A stretch of 64,000 nucleotides of DNA from Marinosulfonomonas sp. (GCA_015488685.1 WFNH01000034.1:15190-79189); one strand, 5' to 3'; shown: positions 29,447 through 38,531, numbered from the stretch's first letter. Notes: generated by a model from the letters alone, not told the origin. Translations and numbers: made by a program.

Positions 29447-30247
29447 TTATTCATCGTAAGCATGCCCCGCGCGCAGGCCCTCGCGCACCCGATGCGCGAT
29501 GTCCAGAAATTCCTTTGTGTCACGAATATCCAGCGGGCGTTCCCGTGGCAGGGTGCTTTCGATCACATCCGAAATCCGGCCCGGACGCGGGCTCATCACC
29601 ACGATTTTCGTGGACAGATACACCGCCTCGGGGATCGAGTGGGTGACGAATGCAATCGTCTTGTTTGTGCGGTCCCACAGTTTCAGCAACTGTTCATTCA
29701 GGTGGTCGCGCACGATTTCGTCCAGCGCCCCGAATGGCTCGTCCATCAGCAGGATATCGGCATTAAACGCCAATGCGCGGGCGATACTGGCCCGTTGCTG
29801 CATTCCGCCCGACAATTGCCACGGGAATTTCTTGCCGAACCCGCGCAGATCAACCAGATCAAGCACCTTGGAAATATGATCCTCCTGTTCCTTTTTCGGG
29901 AACCCCATGATTTCCAGCGGCAGGCGGATATTGCCGCGAATTGTGCGCCACGGGTACAGACCGGCGGCTTGAAAAACATAGCCATAGGCACGGTTTTTAC
30001 GGGCCTCGTCGGCTGGCATTCCATTCACGCAAACCGAACCTGCTGTGGGTGTTTCCAGCGCCGCAATCGTGCGCAAAAAGGTGGTTTTGCCACAGCCCGA
30101 GGGGCCGATAAAGCTGACGAAATCACCCTTTTGGATATCCAGATTGATATCCTTTAGCGCATGCACATCCCCGTCATTGGTATGAAAGGTCAGGTCAAGG
30201 TTTTCTGCCTTGATAACAGTTTCAGTGGTCACGCTTTTATACTCCAC
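29447..30247 (-). CDS. ABC transporter ATP-binding protein
   Basis: 266 aa. Walker A 'GPSGCGKTT', signature 'LSGGMQQRASIARAL', Walker B 'ILLMDEPFGALD'. GTG start at 30247 overlaps the hydA end. GTG 30232 is an alternative. Confidence 0.9.
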   Translation of the reverse strand: MEYKSVTTETVIKAENLDLTFHTNDGDVHALKDINLDIQKGDFVSFIGPSGCGKTTFLRTIAALETPTAGSVCVNGMPADEARKNRAYGYVFQAAGLYPWRTIRGNIRLPLEIMGFPKKEQEDHISKVLDLVDLRGFGKKFPWQLSGGMQQRASIARALAFNADILLMDEPFGALDEIVRDHLNEQLLKLWDRTNKTIAFVTHSIPEAVYLSTKIVVMSPRPGRISDVIESTLPRERPLDIRDTKEFLDIAHRVREGLRAGHAYDE

Positions 30248-31688
30248 TCGCCGGAATTCCGGTCCGTTCTACCGGACGCGGTGCCGTCAGATCTTTCCAT
30301 TTGCTCAATGCCTTGTTTACCGTTGCGTTCGGCTCGCGGGCAACGAATTCGCCGTGGCCTTCCTGTGTCTTGATCTCGCCATCCATCACAGCAACCTGAC
30401 CACGGGTCAGCGTGTAACGTGGCAGGCCTTTGACTTTTTTGCCCTCGAACACATTGTAATCAATGGCAGATTGCTGACTGTCGGCGGTAATGGTTTTTTC
30501 CTTTTCGGGATCCCAGACCACCAGATCGGCATCCGCCCCGACCAGAACCGCACCCTTTTTCGGGTAACAATTCAGGATCTTGGCGATGTTGGTCGAGGTC
30601 ACGGCGACAAATTCGTTCATCGTGATCCGCCCTGTTGCAACGCCATGTGTCCACAGCATCGGCATCCGGTCCTCAAGCCCGCCGGTGCCGTTGGGGATCT
30701 TGGAAAAATCGCCCACGCCAAAGCGCTTTTGCTCGGTCGTAAAGGCGCAGTGATCAGTTGCAACCACCGAAAGAGAGCCACTTTGCAGACCGGCCCACAG
30801 GCTGTCCTGATGCTGTTTGTTACGGAACGGCGGCGACATTACGCGACGGGCGGCGTGGTCCCAATCCTTGTTGAAATACTCGCTTTCATCCAGCGTCAGA
30901 TGCTGGATCAGCGGCTCGCCCCAAACCCGTTTGCCAGCCAGCTTGGCGCGGCGGATCGCTTCGTGGCTTTCCTCGCAGGACGTATGCACCACATACAGCG
31001 GCGCGCCAGCCATATCGGCAATCATGATGGCGCGGTTTGTGGCTTCGCCTTCGACCTGCGGCGGGCGGGAATAGGCGTGGGCCTCGGGTCCGGTGTTGCC
31101 ATCGGCCAGCAATTGCGCGGTCAGTTCGGCCACCACATCGCCGTTTTCGGCATGCACCAGCGGGGTTGCGCCCAGTTCGGCACAGCGTTTGAAGCTGGAA
31201 TATAATTCATCATCATTCACCATCAGTGCGCCCTTGTAGGCAAGGAAATGTTTGAAGGTGTTGATGCCGCGTCCGACGACCTCTTTCATGTCGTCAAACA
31301 CCTGTTCGCCCCACCATGTCACGGCCATATGGAAGGAATAGTCGCAATTGGCGCGGGTCGATTTATTGTCCCAGCGTTTCAGCGCATCCAGCAGGCCTTC
31401 GCCGGGGTTGGGCAGGGCAAAATCCACCACCATCGTGGTGCCGCCCGCCAGACCGGCGCGGGTGCCTGACTCAAAATCATCCGATGAATAGGTGCCCATG
31501 AACGGCATTTCCAGATGGGTGTGCGGATCAATCCCGCCGGGCATGATGTAGCAGCCGGAGGCGTCCAGAACCTCGTCGCCTTTCAGGTCGGGGCCGATTT
31601 CGACAATCTTGCCTCCTTCAATTTTCACGTCCGCCTTATAGGTCAGATCGGCGGTGACAACGGTGCCGCCCTTGATTACCTTGCTCAT
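30237..31688 (-). CDS. hydA: Dihydropyrimidinase (D-hydantoinase)
   Basis: 483 aa. 'GGIDPHTHLEMPFMGT' (metal-binding HxH), 'FKHFLAYKGALMV' (carbamylated Lys region), 'VVATDHCAF'. Confidence 0.93.
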   Translation of the reverse strand: MSKVIKGGTVVTADLTYKADVKIEGGKIVEIGPDLKGDEVLDASGCYIMPGGIDPHTHLEMPFMGTYSSDDFESGTRAGLAGGTTMVVDFALPNPGEGLLDALKRWDNKSTRANCDYSFHMAVTWWGEQVFDDMKEVVGRGINTFKHFLAYKGALMVNDDELYSSFKRCAELGATPLVHAENGDVVAELTAQLLADGNTGPEAHAYSRPPQVEGEATNRAIMIADMAGAPLYVVHTSCEESHEAIRRAKLAGKRVWGEPLIQHLTLDESEYFNKDWDHAARRVMSPPFRNKQHQDSLWAGLQSGSLSVVATDHCAFTTEQKRFGVGDFSKIPNGTGGLEDRMPMLWTHGVATGRITMNEFVAVTSTNIAKILNCYPKKGAVLVGADADLVVWDPEKEKTITADSQQSAIDYNVFEGKKVKGLPRYTLTRGQVAVMDGEIKTQEGHGEFVAREPNATVNKALSKWKDLTAPRPVERTGIPASGV

Positions 31689-31705
31689 CTTGTTTCTCCC
31701 TTTTT

Positions 31706-32485
31706 CTATTTGCAGGTCTGGCGCTCGGGACCAAGATCGCGATCCTTCAGGATCACAGATATCAGCGATTTTTGCGCTCTCCTACATGCATTATCAAAGT
31801 CTATTTCGCGGTCGGTATATTCTGCGTCAAACACCGGTTTTCCGTATCGGACATAGGGCAATACCTGTGTGCACCATTCGTCCTGATAGCAGCTTTCGGT
31901 GATGGCGAAATCCAATGTGCGCACCAGATCATCGGTCAGGTCGGGTGCGTTTTTCTGGCCGATTTCAAGGCCCAGCATATGGGCGGTGGTGGCCAGCAGT
32001 TTGATATAATTCAAGCCATCCTCGCGGGTCAGCGGGAAGCCTGAATCATTGTCGTAGACATCCATATTGTCCGGCTCTACCGCGTCAAAGCCCATCATCT
32101 TGCAACGGGAAAACCGTTCGGCCATCAGCGCGGGCAAATGGTTGCGATCGCGGATATCGAGGAAGTTTTCATCCGGCCAGTCGTCATAACGGTTGCCAAC
32201 GATGGTGGGCGGAAAATGATCAACATCATCGCGATAGTTTTCCAGCGTGCCGACGCTGACGTAGCAGATGGTATAGACCCCGTCGGCATTCAGCGCGGCA
32301 ATCTGTTCCTTGGTCACATTGTCAGGATCCGCATCAAACACCCGCACCCCTTCGGGCGGGGCGACGGTTCCGGACAGTTGCCAATCCCAATCCGCCCCGG
32401 GGGCGAGGGTGGCAAGGGCTGGCAGGGCACTGAAGAGGAGCGCAAGTGTTACAGAAAAGAAGTTTCCATAGCCAAATCGGCCCAC
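31706..32485 (-). CDS. Glycoside hydrolase family 114-like protein (endo-alpha-1,4-polygalactosaminidase fold), secreted
   Basis: 'WDWQL..YVSVGTLENYR..DENFLDIRD..GFDAVEPDNMDVYDNDSGFPLT..LGLEIGQKNAPDL..DFAITESCYQDEWC..GKPVFDAEY' follows the GH114 (PF03537) pattern. Putative GTG start at 32485 gives a signal-like 'GRFGYGNFFSVTLALLFSALPALA'. The start is uncertain (no SD). Confidence 0.7.
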   Translation of the reverse strand: MGRFGYGNFFSVTLALLFSALPALATLAPGADWDWQLSGTVAPPEGVRVFDADPDNVTKEQIAALNADGVYTICYVSVGTLENYRDDVDHFPPTIVGNRYDDWPDENFLDIRDRNHLPALMAERFSRCKMMGFDAVEPDNMDVYDNDSGFPLTREDGLNYIKLLATTAHMLGLEIGQKNAPDLTDDLVRTLDFAITESCYQDEWCTQVLPYVRYGKPVFDAEYTDREIDFDNACRRAQKSLISVILKDRDLGPERQTCK

Positions 32486-32739
32486 ATCGGGTTTTGTTTG
32501 GCAATCAGTGCATTTTTCCAAACGCGCCGCCAGCGTTTCAGCTTTCGTTCCCGCGCCAAAGCTTCGGGCAAGGTTTCGTAAACCTCGAAATAAACCAGTT
32601 TGCGAATTTTGTATTTTGCGGTGTGGGTGCCACCCGCCCCCAGACGATGCTGGTGAACCCGTTTTCGCAGGTTCGAAGCCACACCGATGTATATCGCCGT
32701 GTTTGAATTGCAAGCCATGATATAAGTGTGAAACGCCAT
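32449..32739 (-). CDS. GIY-YIG nuclease superfamily protein (UPF0213/COG2827-like)
   Basis: 96 aa. 'YIMACNSNTAIYIGVASNLRKRVHQH' (GIY-YIG), 'LVYFEVYETLPEALARERKLKRW' (conserved Arg/Glu). Its 3' end overlaps the putative GH114 start by 37 nt. Confidence 0.85.
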   Translation of the reverse strand: MAFHTYIMACNSNTAIYIGVASNLRKRVHQHRLGAGGTHTAKYKIRKLVYFEVYETLPEALARERKLKRWRRVWKNALIAKQNPMWADLAMETSFL

Positions 32740-32793
32740 ATCGGGACTGTGGCGCAGTTTGGTTAACTACAGGTAAATCCGCAACTGTTCGCT

Positions 32794-32902
32794 GCCCCGG
32801 ACTTGATCCGGGGCCTTTTCGAAACAAACACAAGAGGTCCCGGATCAAGTCCGAGACAGCAAAGGGTTCAACCTTCAGCAGGCCCCGCACCAAATGCGGG
32901 GC
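32794..32902. repeat. Cluster of three REP-like GC hairpins upstream of the GIY-YIG gene
   Basis: A at 32794-32814: GCCCCGGA-CTTGA-TCCGGGGC. B at 32837-32857: GTCCCGGA-TCAAG-TCCGAGAC, which is the reverse complement of A at 18/21 positions. C at 32882-32902: GCCCCGCA-CCAAA-TGCGGGGC. Confidence 0.55.
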
Positions 32903-32922
32903 GTAGAATGACGGCTTGACCG

Positions 32923-34173
32923 TCACTCCACAATCTCCGCCGTTTCCACAACCGCGTGCATCAAGACATCAGCACCCGCCGTGGCCCATTCCTTGGAGAT
33001 GTCCTCGGCCTCGTTATGTGACAGACCATCCACACATGGGCACATGATCATCGCCGTTGGCGCCACCTGATTGATCCAGCAGGCGTCATGGCCCGCACCG
33101 GAGACTATATCCATGTGGCTATAGCCCAGACGCTCGGCCGCGTTGCGCACGGCGGAGACGCATTTTTCGTCAAAGGCGGGCGGGTCGAACTGTCCGACCA
33201 CCTCGGCAGAAAATTCCAGCCCCAGTTCCTTGCAAATCCCCGGTGCCTTTTCCATCATTTCGTCAACCATACCCTGCATGATATCAAGGAAGTGCGAACG
33301 GAAATCGACAGTGAAAACAACCTTTTCGGGGATGATGTTACGGCTGTTCGGGTAGACATCAATATGGCCAATCGCGCCCACCGCGTTGGGCTGGTGTTGC
33401 ATGGCAATTTCATGCACCAGTTCGGTGATCTGCGCCAACCCGCGACCCGCATTCTTGCGCATGTACATCGGGGTTGAGCCTGTGTGCTGCCCCTTGCCCG
33501 TCACCGTGCATTCGACCCAGCGCAGGCCCTGCCCGTGGGTGACAACGCCGATCAGTTTGTCTTCGGCCTCCAAAATCGGCCCCTGTTCGATGTGGTATTC
33601 GAACATCGCGTGCATCTTGCGGCTGCCAACAGGTTCGTCCCCTTCCCAGCCAATGCGTTTTAATTCGTCGCCAAACCGCTTGCCTTCGGCATCGACACGG
33701 TCCTTGGCCCAGTCTTCTTCCAGCACACCGGCAAAGACGCCGCTGGCCAGCATCGCGGGGGCAAAGCGCGTGCCTTCCTCGTTGGTCCAGTTGGTGACAA
33801 CGATCGGGTGTTTGGTCTTGACGTTCAGATCATTCAGCGTGCGGACCAGTTCCAGACCGGCCAGCACCCCCAACACCCCGTCATATTTCCCGCCGGTTGG
33901 CTGGGTATCAAGGTGGCTGCCAACATAAACCGGCAGCGCATCAGGGTCAGTGCCTTCGCGGCGCGCAAACATGTTGCCCATGCTGTCAACACCCACGGTG
34001 CAGCCCGCATCTTCGCACCATTTCTGGAACAGTTTGCGGCCCTCGCCATCGGCATCGGTCAGGGTCTGGCGGTTGTTGCCACCGGCCACACCGGGTCCGA
34101 TTTTCGCCATCTCCATCAGGCTGTCCCATAGGCGATCGCCATCAATTTTCATATTTGCAGCAGGTGCGGCCAT
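32923..34173 (-). CDS. N-carbamoyl-beta-alanine amidohydrolase-type Zn hydrolase (M20, AmaB/allantoate amidohydrolase family)
   Basis: 416 aa. 'VGSHLDTQPTGGKYDGVLGVLAGLE', 'TNEEGTRF', 'GAGHDA' are the family motifs. Located between the cupin/transaminase genes and dihydropyrimidinase. Confidence 0.88.
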   Translation of the reverse strand: MAAPAANMKIDGDRLWDSLMEMAKIGPGVAGGNNRQTLTDADGEGRKLFQKWCEDAGCTVGVDSMGNMFARREGTDPDALPVYVGSHLDTQPTGGKYDGVLGVLAGLELVRTLNDLNVKTKHPIVVTNWTNEEGTRFAPAMLASGVFAGVLEEDWAKDRVDAEGKRFGDELKRIGWEGDEPVGSRKMHAMFEYHIEQGPILEAEDKLIGVVTHGQGLRWVECTVTGKGQHTGSTPMYMRKNAGRGLAQITELVHEIAMQHQPNAVGAIGHIDVYPNSRNIIPEKVVFTVDFRSHFLDIMQGMVDEMMEKAPGICKELGLEFSAEVVGQFDPPAFDEKCVSAVRNAAERLGYSHMDIVSGAGHDACWINQVAPTAMIMCPCVDGLSHNEAEDISKEWATAGADVLMHAVVETAEIVE

Positions 34174-34186
34174 TGTCTTAACTCCC

Positions 34187-34471
34187 TTATTTCAATTCGA
34201 CTTCGACAAAGGACATCACACTATCCCCGTCATTGATTACATTATGTTCTACGCCCTGTTCGCGTCGATAGGATATGCCCGCAGGCACCAGAGCCTTGCG
34301 GGCCTCGCCGCTTTTTTCCTCAAGCAGCATGTGGCAATCAGTGATCGCGGTGATCACATAATCCATCCCGTGGATATGCCATCCGGTTTCGGCCCCCAGC
34401 GCGAAGTCAAACCGCGTAACCCGCACGCGGCCATCATCGATCTGCCGAGTTTCCACAGCCGGATCGCGCAT
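34187..34471 (-). CDS. Cupin domain protein
   Basis: 94 aa from ATG 34471, which shares its A with the upstream TGA (TGATG). The track start at 34474 is TTG. 'GWHIHGMDYVI' and 'GVEHNVIN' are cupin motifs 1 and 2. Confidence 0.75.
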   Translation of the reverse strand: MRDPAVETRQIDDGRVRVTRFDFALGAETGWHIHGMDYVITAITDCHMLLEEKSGEARKALVPAGISYRREQGVEHNVINDGDSVMSFVEVELK

Positions 34472-35799
34472 CAATCCAGCCCTTTCAGAACGTCGGTCAT
34501 GATCCCGAACAGCTCGTCAATCTGGGCCTTGTTGATCATCAACGGCGGCGACAACGCGATGATGTCGCCCGTGGTGCGGATCAGCAGGCCCTTGTCATAG
34601 GCTTGCAGGAAGGCATTGAAGGCCCGTTTGGTGGGCGCACCTTCGATCCCTTCCAGTTCAATCGCGCCGATCAGACCCATGTTGCGGATGTCGATCACAT
34701 GCGGCAGACCCTTCAGGCTGTGCAGCGCATCTTCCCAATATCCGGCCAGACCGGCTGCATTTTCAAACAACCCGTCCTCGCGATAAGTTTGCAACGTGGC
34801 CAGACCGGCCGCTGATGCAATCGGGTTGCCAGAATAGGTGTAGCCGTGGAACAGCTCGATTGCCTCTTCCGGTCCCGACATAAACGCATCATGGATCGCG
34901 CTGGTGGCCAGCACCGCGCCCATCGGGATCACGCCGTTGGTCAGGCCCTTGGCGGTGGTGATCAGGTCGGGCATCACGCCGAAATGTTCGGCGGCAAAGC
35001 TGCTGCCAAGACGGCCAAACCCTGTGATCACCTCGTCAAAGATCAGCAGGATGCCGTGTTTCGTGCAAATCTCGCGCAGTTTTTCAAGGTAGCCCTTGGG
35101 CGGCATCAACACGCCGGTGGACCCCGCCATCGGCTCGACAATCACGGCGGCAATATTATCACCGCCATGCAAGGCAGCGATATTTTCCAGTTCGTCGGCC
35201 AGATAGGCGCCATGTTCGGGCTGCCCGCGGGTATAGGCGTTCTGATCCGGCAAATGCGTATGCGGCAGGTGGTCCACACCGGTCAGCAAGGATCCAAAGT
35301 ATTTGCGATTGTTCACAATACCGCCCACCGAAATGCCGCCAAAGTTCACCCCGTGATAACCACGTTCACGGCCAATCAGACGGGTGCGGGTGCCCTCGCC
35401 GCGCACGCGGTGATAGGCAATGGCGATTTTCAGTGCAGTTTCAACGGATTCGGACCCCGAGTTGGTAAAGAACACATGTTCAAACGGATCAGGCGCCATA
35501 TCGCGGATGGCCGTGGCCAGTTCGAATGCTTTGGGGTGGCCCATCTGGAACGCCGGTGCGTAATCCAGTTCGGCGGCCTGTTTTTGAATCGCCTCGGTGA
35601 TCAGCGGGCGATTATGACCCGCATTCACGCACCACAGACCGGCGGTGCCATCCAGCACATCGCGCCCGTCGGCGGTTTTGTAATACATCCCGTCCGCCGA
35701 AACGAACATACGCGGGTTTTTCTTGAACTGGCGATTTGCCGTAAACGGCATCCAGAAGGCGGACAAGTCGTTGGGAACCTTGGGTGTATCATAAGCCAT
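34471..35799 (-). CDS. Beta-alanine--pyruvate (omega-amino acid) transaminase, class III
   Basis: 442 aa from ATG 35799. 'FWMPFTANRQFKKNP', 'FTNSGSESVETALK', 'IFDEVITGFGRLG', 'TTAKGLTNG' (PLP lysine). Confidence 0.9.
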   Translation of the reverse strand: MAYDTPKVPNDLSAFWMPFTANRQFKKNPRMFVSADGMYYKTADGRDVLDGTAGLWCVNAGHNRPLITEAIQKQAAELDYAPAFQMGHPKAFELATAIRDMAPDPFEHVFFTNSGSESVETALKIAIAYHRVRGEGTRTRLIGRERGYHGVNFGGISVGGIVNNRKYFGSLLTGVDHLPHTHLPDQNAYTRGQPEHGAYLADELENIAALHGGDNIAAVIVEPMAGSTGVLMPPKGYLEKLREICTKHGILLIFDEVITGFGRLGSSFAAEHFGVMPDLITTAKGLTNGVIPMGAVLATSAIHDAFMSGPEEAIELFHGYTYSGNPIASAAGLATLQTYREDGLFENAAGLAGYWEDALHSLKGLPHVIDIRNMGLIGAIELEGIEGAPTKRAFNAFLQAYDKGLLIRTTGDIIALSPPLMINKAQIDELFGIMTDVLKGLD

Positions 35800-35844
35800 G
35801 ACAAGCAATCCTGTTATGTGGTGGCGGCACAAAGTGCTGATTGT

Positions 35845-35860
35845 TTGACCAATTGGTCAG
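35845..35860. promoter_or_regulatory. RutR-type operator (TTGACCAATTGGTCAG)
   Basis: Matches the E. coli RutR box consensus TTGACCAnnTGGTCAA, as I recall it, at 15 of 16 positions counting the two n's (13 of 14 specified bases). Sits 46-61 nt upstream of the transaminase ATG, in the divergent region shared with the rutR-like gene. Confidence 0.7.
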
Positions 35861-36035
35861 AAACACGTTATCAGAGCCGCGTTTTCAGTCAAGGAAATCA
35901 TCACCAAGTTTAGCGTTCATTTGCACTCGAACGAAGAAAAATCGCGTATCGGTGGAATTTTTGTGGCAGTTTGGCTTGTGGTCGGTAAACTAGGCAGTCA
36001 AACGGACAGGAATTCGCTTAAATCAGGGGCAGTAA

Positions 36036-36650
36036 ATGGCCGAGCCACAGACGCGCACACGAATACAAAAGAAAAACCGCACAACGATTCTCGATGCGGC
36101 GCTGGATGTTTTTTCGCAATTCGGCTTTCGCGGATCGACTTTGGACCAGATCGCCAAGGCGGCCGGATTATCCAAACCGAACCTGCTGTATTACTTTCCC
36201 TCCAAAGAAGCGATCCATGTGGAATTGCTATCCTGCCTGATGGACACATGGCTGGACCCGCTGCGCGATCTGGACCCGAATGGCGAACCGCGCGCAGAAA
36301 TCCTGGCCTATATGCGCCGCAAATTGGAGATGAGCCGCAATTATCCGCGTGAAAGCCGGTTGTTTGCCAATGAAATCCTGCAAGGCGCACCGCGCATTAT
36401 GGGGGCGATCGAGGGCGAGTTGAAGGATTTGACCGACGAAAAGGCGGCGGTAATACAGGGCTGGATGGATGCGGGTAAAATTGCACCGTCCCACCCTTAT
36501 CATCTGTTATTTTCGATCTGGTCTCTAACCCAGCATTACGCCGATTTCGACGTGCAGGTGCGGGCTGTCCTGGGGAACGAGGGCGATGATCCTTTCCCCG
36601 CTGCAGAACAGTATCTGGAAACGCTTTTCACAAAGTTGCTGACAGTTTAA
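36036..36650 (+). CDS. rutR: TetR-family regulator, RutR-like
   Basis: 204 aa. HTH 'ILDAALDVFSQFGFRGSTLDQIAKAAGLSKPNLLYYFPSKEAI' plus a RutR-like C-terminal domain ('FANEILQGAP..'). Sits among pyrimidine catabolic genes. Confidence 0.83.
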   Translation: MAEPQTRTRIQKKNRTTILDAALDVFSQFGFRGSTLDQIAKAAGLSKPNLLYYFPSKEAIHVELLSCLMDTWLDPLRDLDPNGEPRAEILAYMRRKLEMSRNYPRESRLFANEILQGAPRIMGAIEGELKDLTDEKAAVIQGWMDAGKIAPSHPYHLLFSIWSLTQHYADFDVQVRAVLGNEGDDPFPAAEQYLETLFTKLLTV

Positions 36651-36899
36651 CCCGCTTTGTTTTACTGATATCAGGGCCTGCTAACCTTATTGCCTATACC
36701 GGAATATGGAAACGGGCATGATTGTGAATGGCAATATTGCCGCGGTTAAATCGATTCTATATGACTATTCCAGAAGCCTAATCGGCGCTTTTGGGTGTGG
36801 CTGCTTTACCACCGGCCTAAAAGCGATGGTTTGTGTCAGATAAACCATCGCGGGTTTGATGCCGTTCGGAATTCCAAGAATTTCCTGGGAGGAAATAAT

Positions 36900-38531
36900 A
36901 TGTACGGACAAATGATGCAAATGCCGCTCACTATCAGTTCGCTTATCGAACATGCGGGCCGCTATCACGGAAAAACCGAAGTTGTTTCGGTTAATACGAC
37001 AGGCGGAATTGAGCGGCTGGATTGGGGCACAATCGAGGCCAACTCGCGTCGCCTTGCATCGGCATTGGATAAACTTGGCTTATCCAAAGGCGACCGCTGT
37101 GCCACTATTGCATGGAACAATCGCCGCCATTTGGAAATCTATTTTGGTGTCTCCGGCGGCGGGATGGTGTGTCATACAATTAATCCACGCCTGTTTCCCG
37201 AACAACTTGTTTACATCATCAACCACGCCGAGGATCAAATTCTGTTTTTGGATGAAACATTTCTTGGCGTGGCTGCAAAATTGGGGGATCATCTGAAAAC
37301 CGTCAAACATGTTGTTTTGATGGGACCGCGTAATGACGATGCGGCAAAAATGGTCCCAGGTCTTTTGTTTTATGATGACCTGATTGAATCGGGTGATGCC
37401 AGTTACGAGTGGCCTGAAATCGACGAGAATTCTCCATCGAGCCTGTGCTATACTTCCGGCACAACAGGAAACCCGAAAGGTGTTTTGTATACGCACCGGT
37501 CAACCTTGCTGCACACCCTTGGTGGGAACCAACCTGATGGCCTGGCTATTTCGGCCAAAGACTGCGTTCTACCGGTCGTGCCAATGTTTCATGTGAATGC
37601 GTGGGGGGTGCCCTATATAGCTGCCGCAAATGGCTGCAAACTGGTTTTGCCCGGCCCGGGACTGGATGGTGAAAGCCTTGTGAATTTGATAGATGGTGAA
37701 AGCGTCACATTGGCTCTTGGGGTGCCGACAATCTGGATGGGCTTGCTGGGCGCGCTGGAAAGCACGGGATCAAAGGCTGCAAGCCTGACCCGCACTGTCG
37801 TAGGCGGATCCGCATTACCACCCTCGATGATTCCGGCATTCCGTGATAAATACAATGTAGAGCTGATCCATGCGTGGGGTATGACCGAAACATCCCCCTT
37901 GGGAACAATGAATCAGCTCTTACAACACCACAATTCTTTGCCCCCCGAAGCGCAGGCCGAAATTCGTCTTGGTCAGGGCCGCCCCCCTTATGGAGTCGAA
38001 TTACGTATTGTGGATGATGCGGGCAATATCCTTCCAAATGACGGTGAAACCCAAGGGGCGCTGCAAATTCGCGGCCATTGGATTGTCGACAGCTATTTCG
38101 GCATGGAAGAGAATGCGCTTACAAAGGACGGCTGGTTCGACACCGGCGATGTAGCGACAATTGATAGCGATGGATATATGATCATCCGCGACCGGGCCAA
38201 GGATATTATCAAATCGGGTGGTGAATGGATTTCCACAGTCGAGCTGGAAAACACGGCAATTGCCCACCCCGCTGTTGCCAACGCCGCCGCCATTGCAGCA
38301 CGGCATGAAAAATGGGACGAGCGCCCCGTACTATTGGTTGTCAAAATACCGGATACCACCCTGACCGAGACCGATCTTCTTGCGTTCTACGAAGGTAAAA
38401 TTGCCCACTGGCAAATTCCTGACAAGGTAATTTTCGTTGATGAATTGCCAATTGGCGCCACGGGTAAAGTCCTGAAAAACAAATTGCGTGATCTATATGG
38501 CGACGTATTGATCGTGGACGGAGCGAAATAA
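36900..38531 (+). CDS. AMP-dependent acyl-CoA synthetase/ligase (FadD-like)
   Basis: 543 aa from ATG 36900 (GGGAGGA SD; the track ORF is extended upstream). 'YTSGTTGNPKGV', 'GWFDTGDVA', 'GKVLKNKLR'. Confidence 0.9.
   Translation: MYGQMMQMPLTISSLIEHAGRYHGKTEVVSVNTTGGIERLDWGTIEANSRRLASALDKLGLSKGDRCATIAWNNRRHLEIYFGVSGGGMVCHTINPRLFPEQLVYIINHAEDQILFLDETFLGVAAKLGDHLKTVKHVVLMGPRNDDAAKMVPGLLFYDDLIESGDASYEWPEIDENSPSSLCYTSGTTGNPKGVLYTHRSTLLHTLGGNQPDGLAISAKDCVLPVVPMFHVNAWGVPYIAAANGCKLVLPGPGLDGESLVNLIDGESVTLALGVPTIWMGLLGALESTGSKAASLTRTVVGGSALPPSMIPAFRDKYNVELIHAWGMTETSPLGTMNQLLQHHNSLPPEAQAEIRLGQGRPPYGVELRIVDDAGNILPNDGETQGALQIRGHWIVDSYFGMEENALTKDGWFDTGDVATIDSDGYMIIRDRAKDIIKSGGEWISTVELENTAIAHPAVANAAAIAARHEKWDERPVLLVVKIPDTTLTETDLLAFYEGKIAHWQIPDKVIFVDELPIGATGKVLKNKLRDLYGDVLIVDGAK

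Noticed and set aside
31706-32926. 406-aa ORF in the supplied track, spanning the GH114-like region and running through the GIY-YIG gene and the hairpin cluster.
   Set aside because: Only the C-terminal ~259 aa look like a real protein (GH114 pattern plus signal peptide). The N-terminal 147 aa are low-quality sequence read across a separately coding GIY-YIG gene (in another frame) and across three hairpins. I treat it as an artefactual upstream extension.
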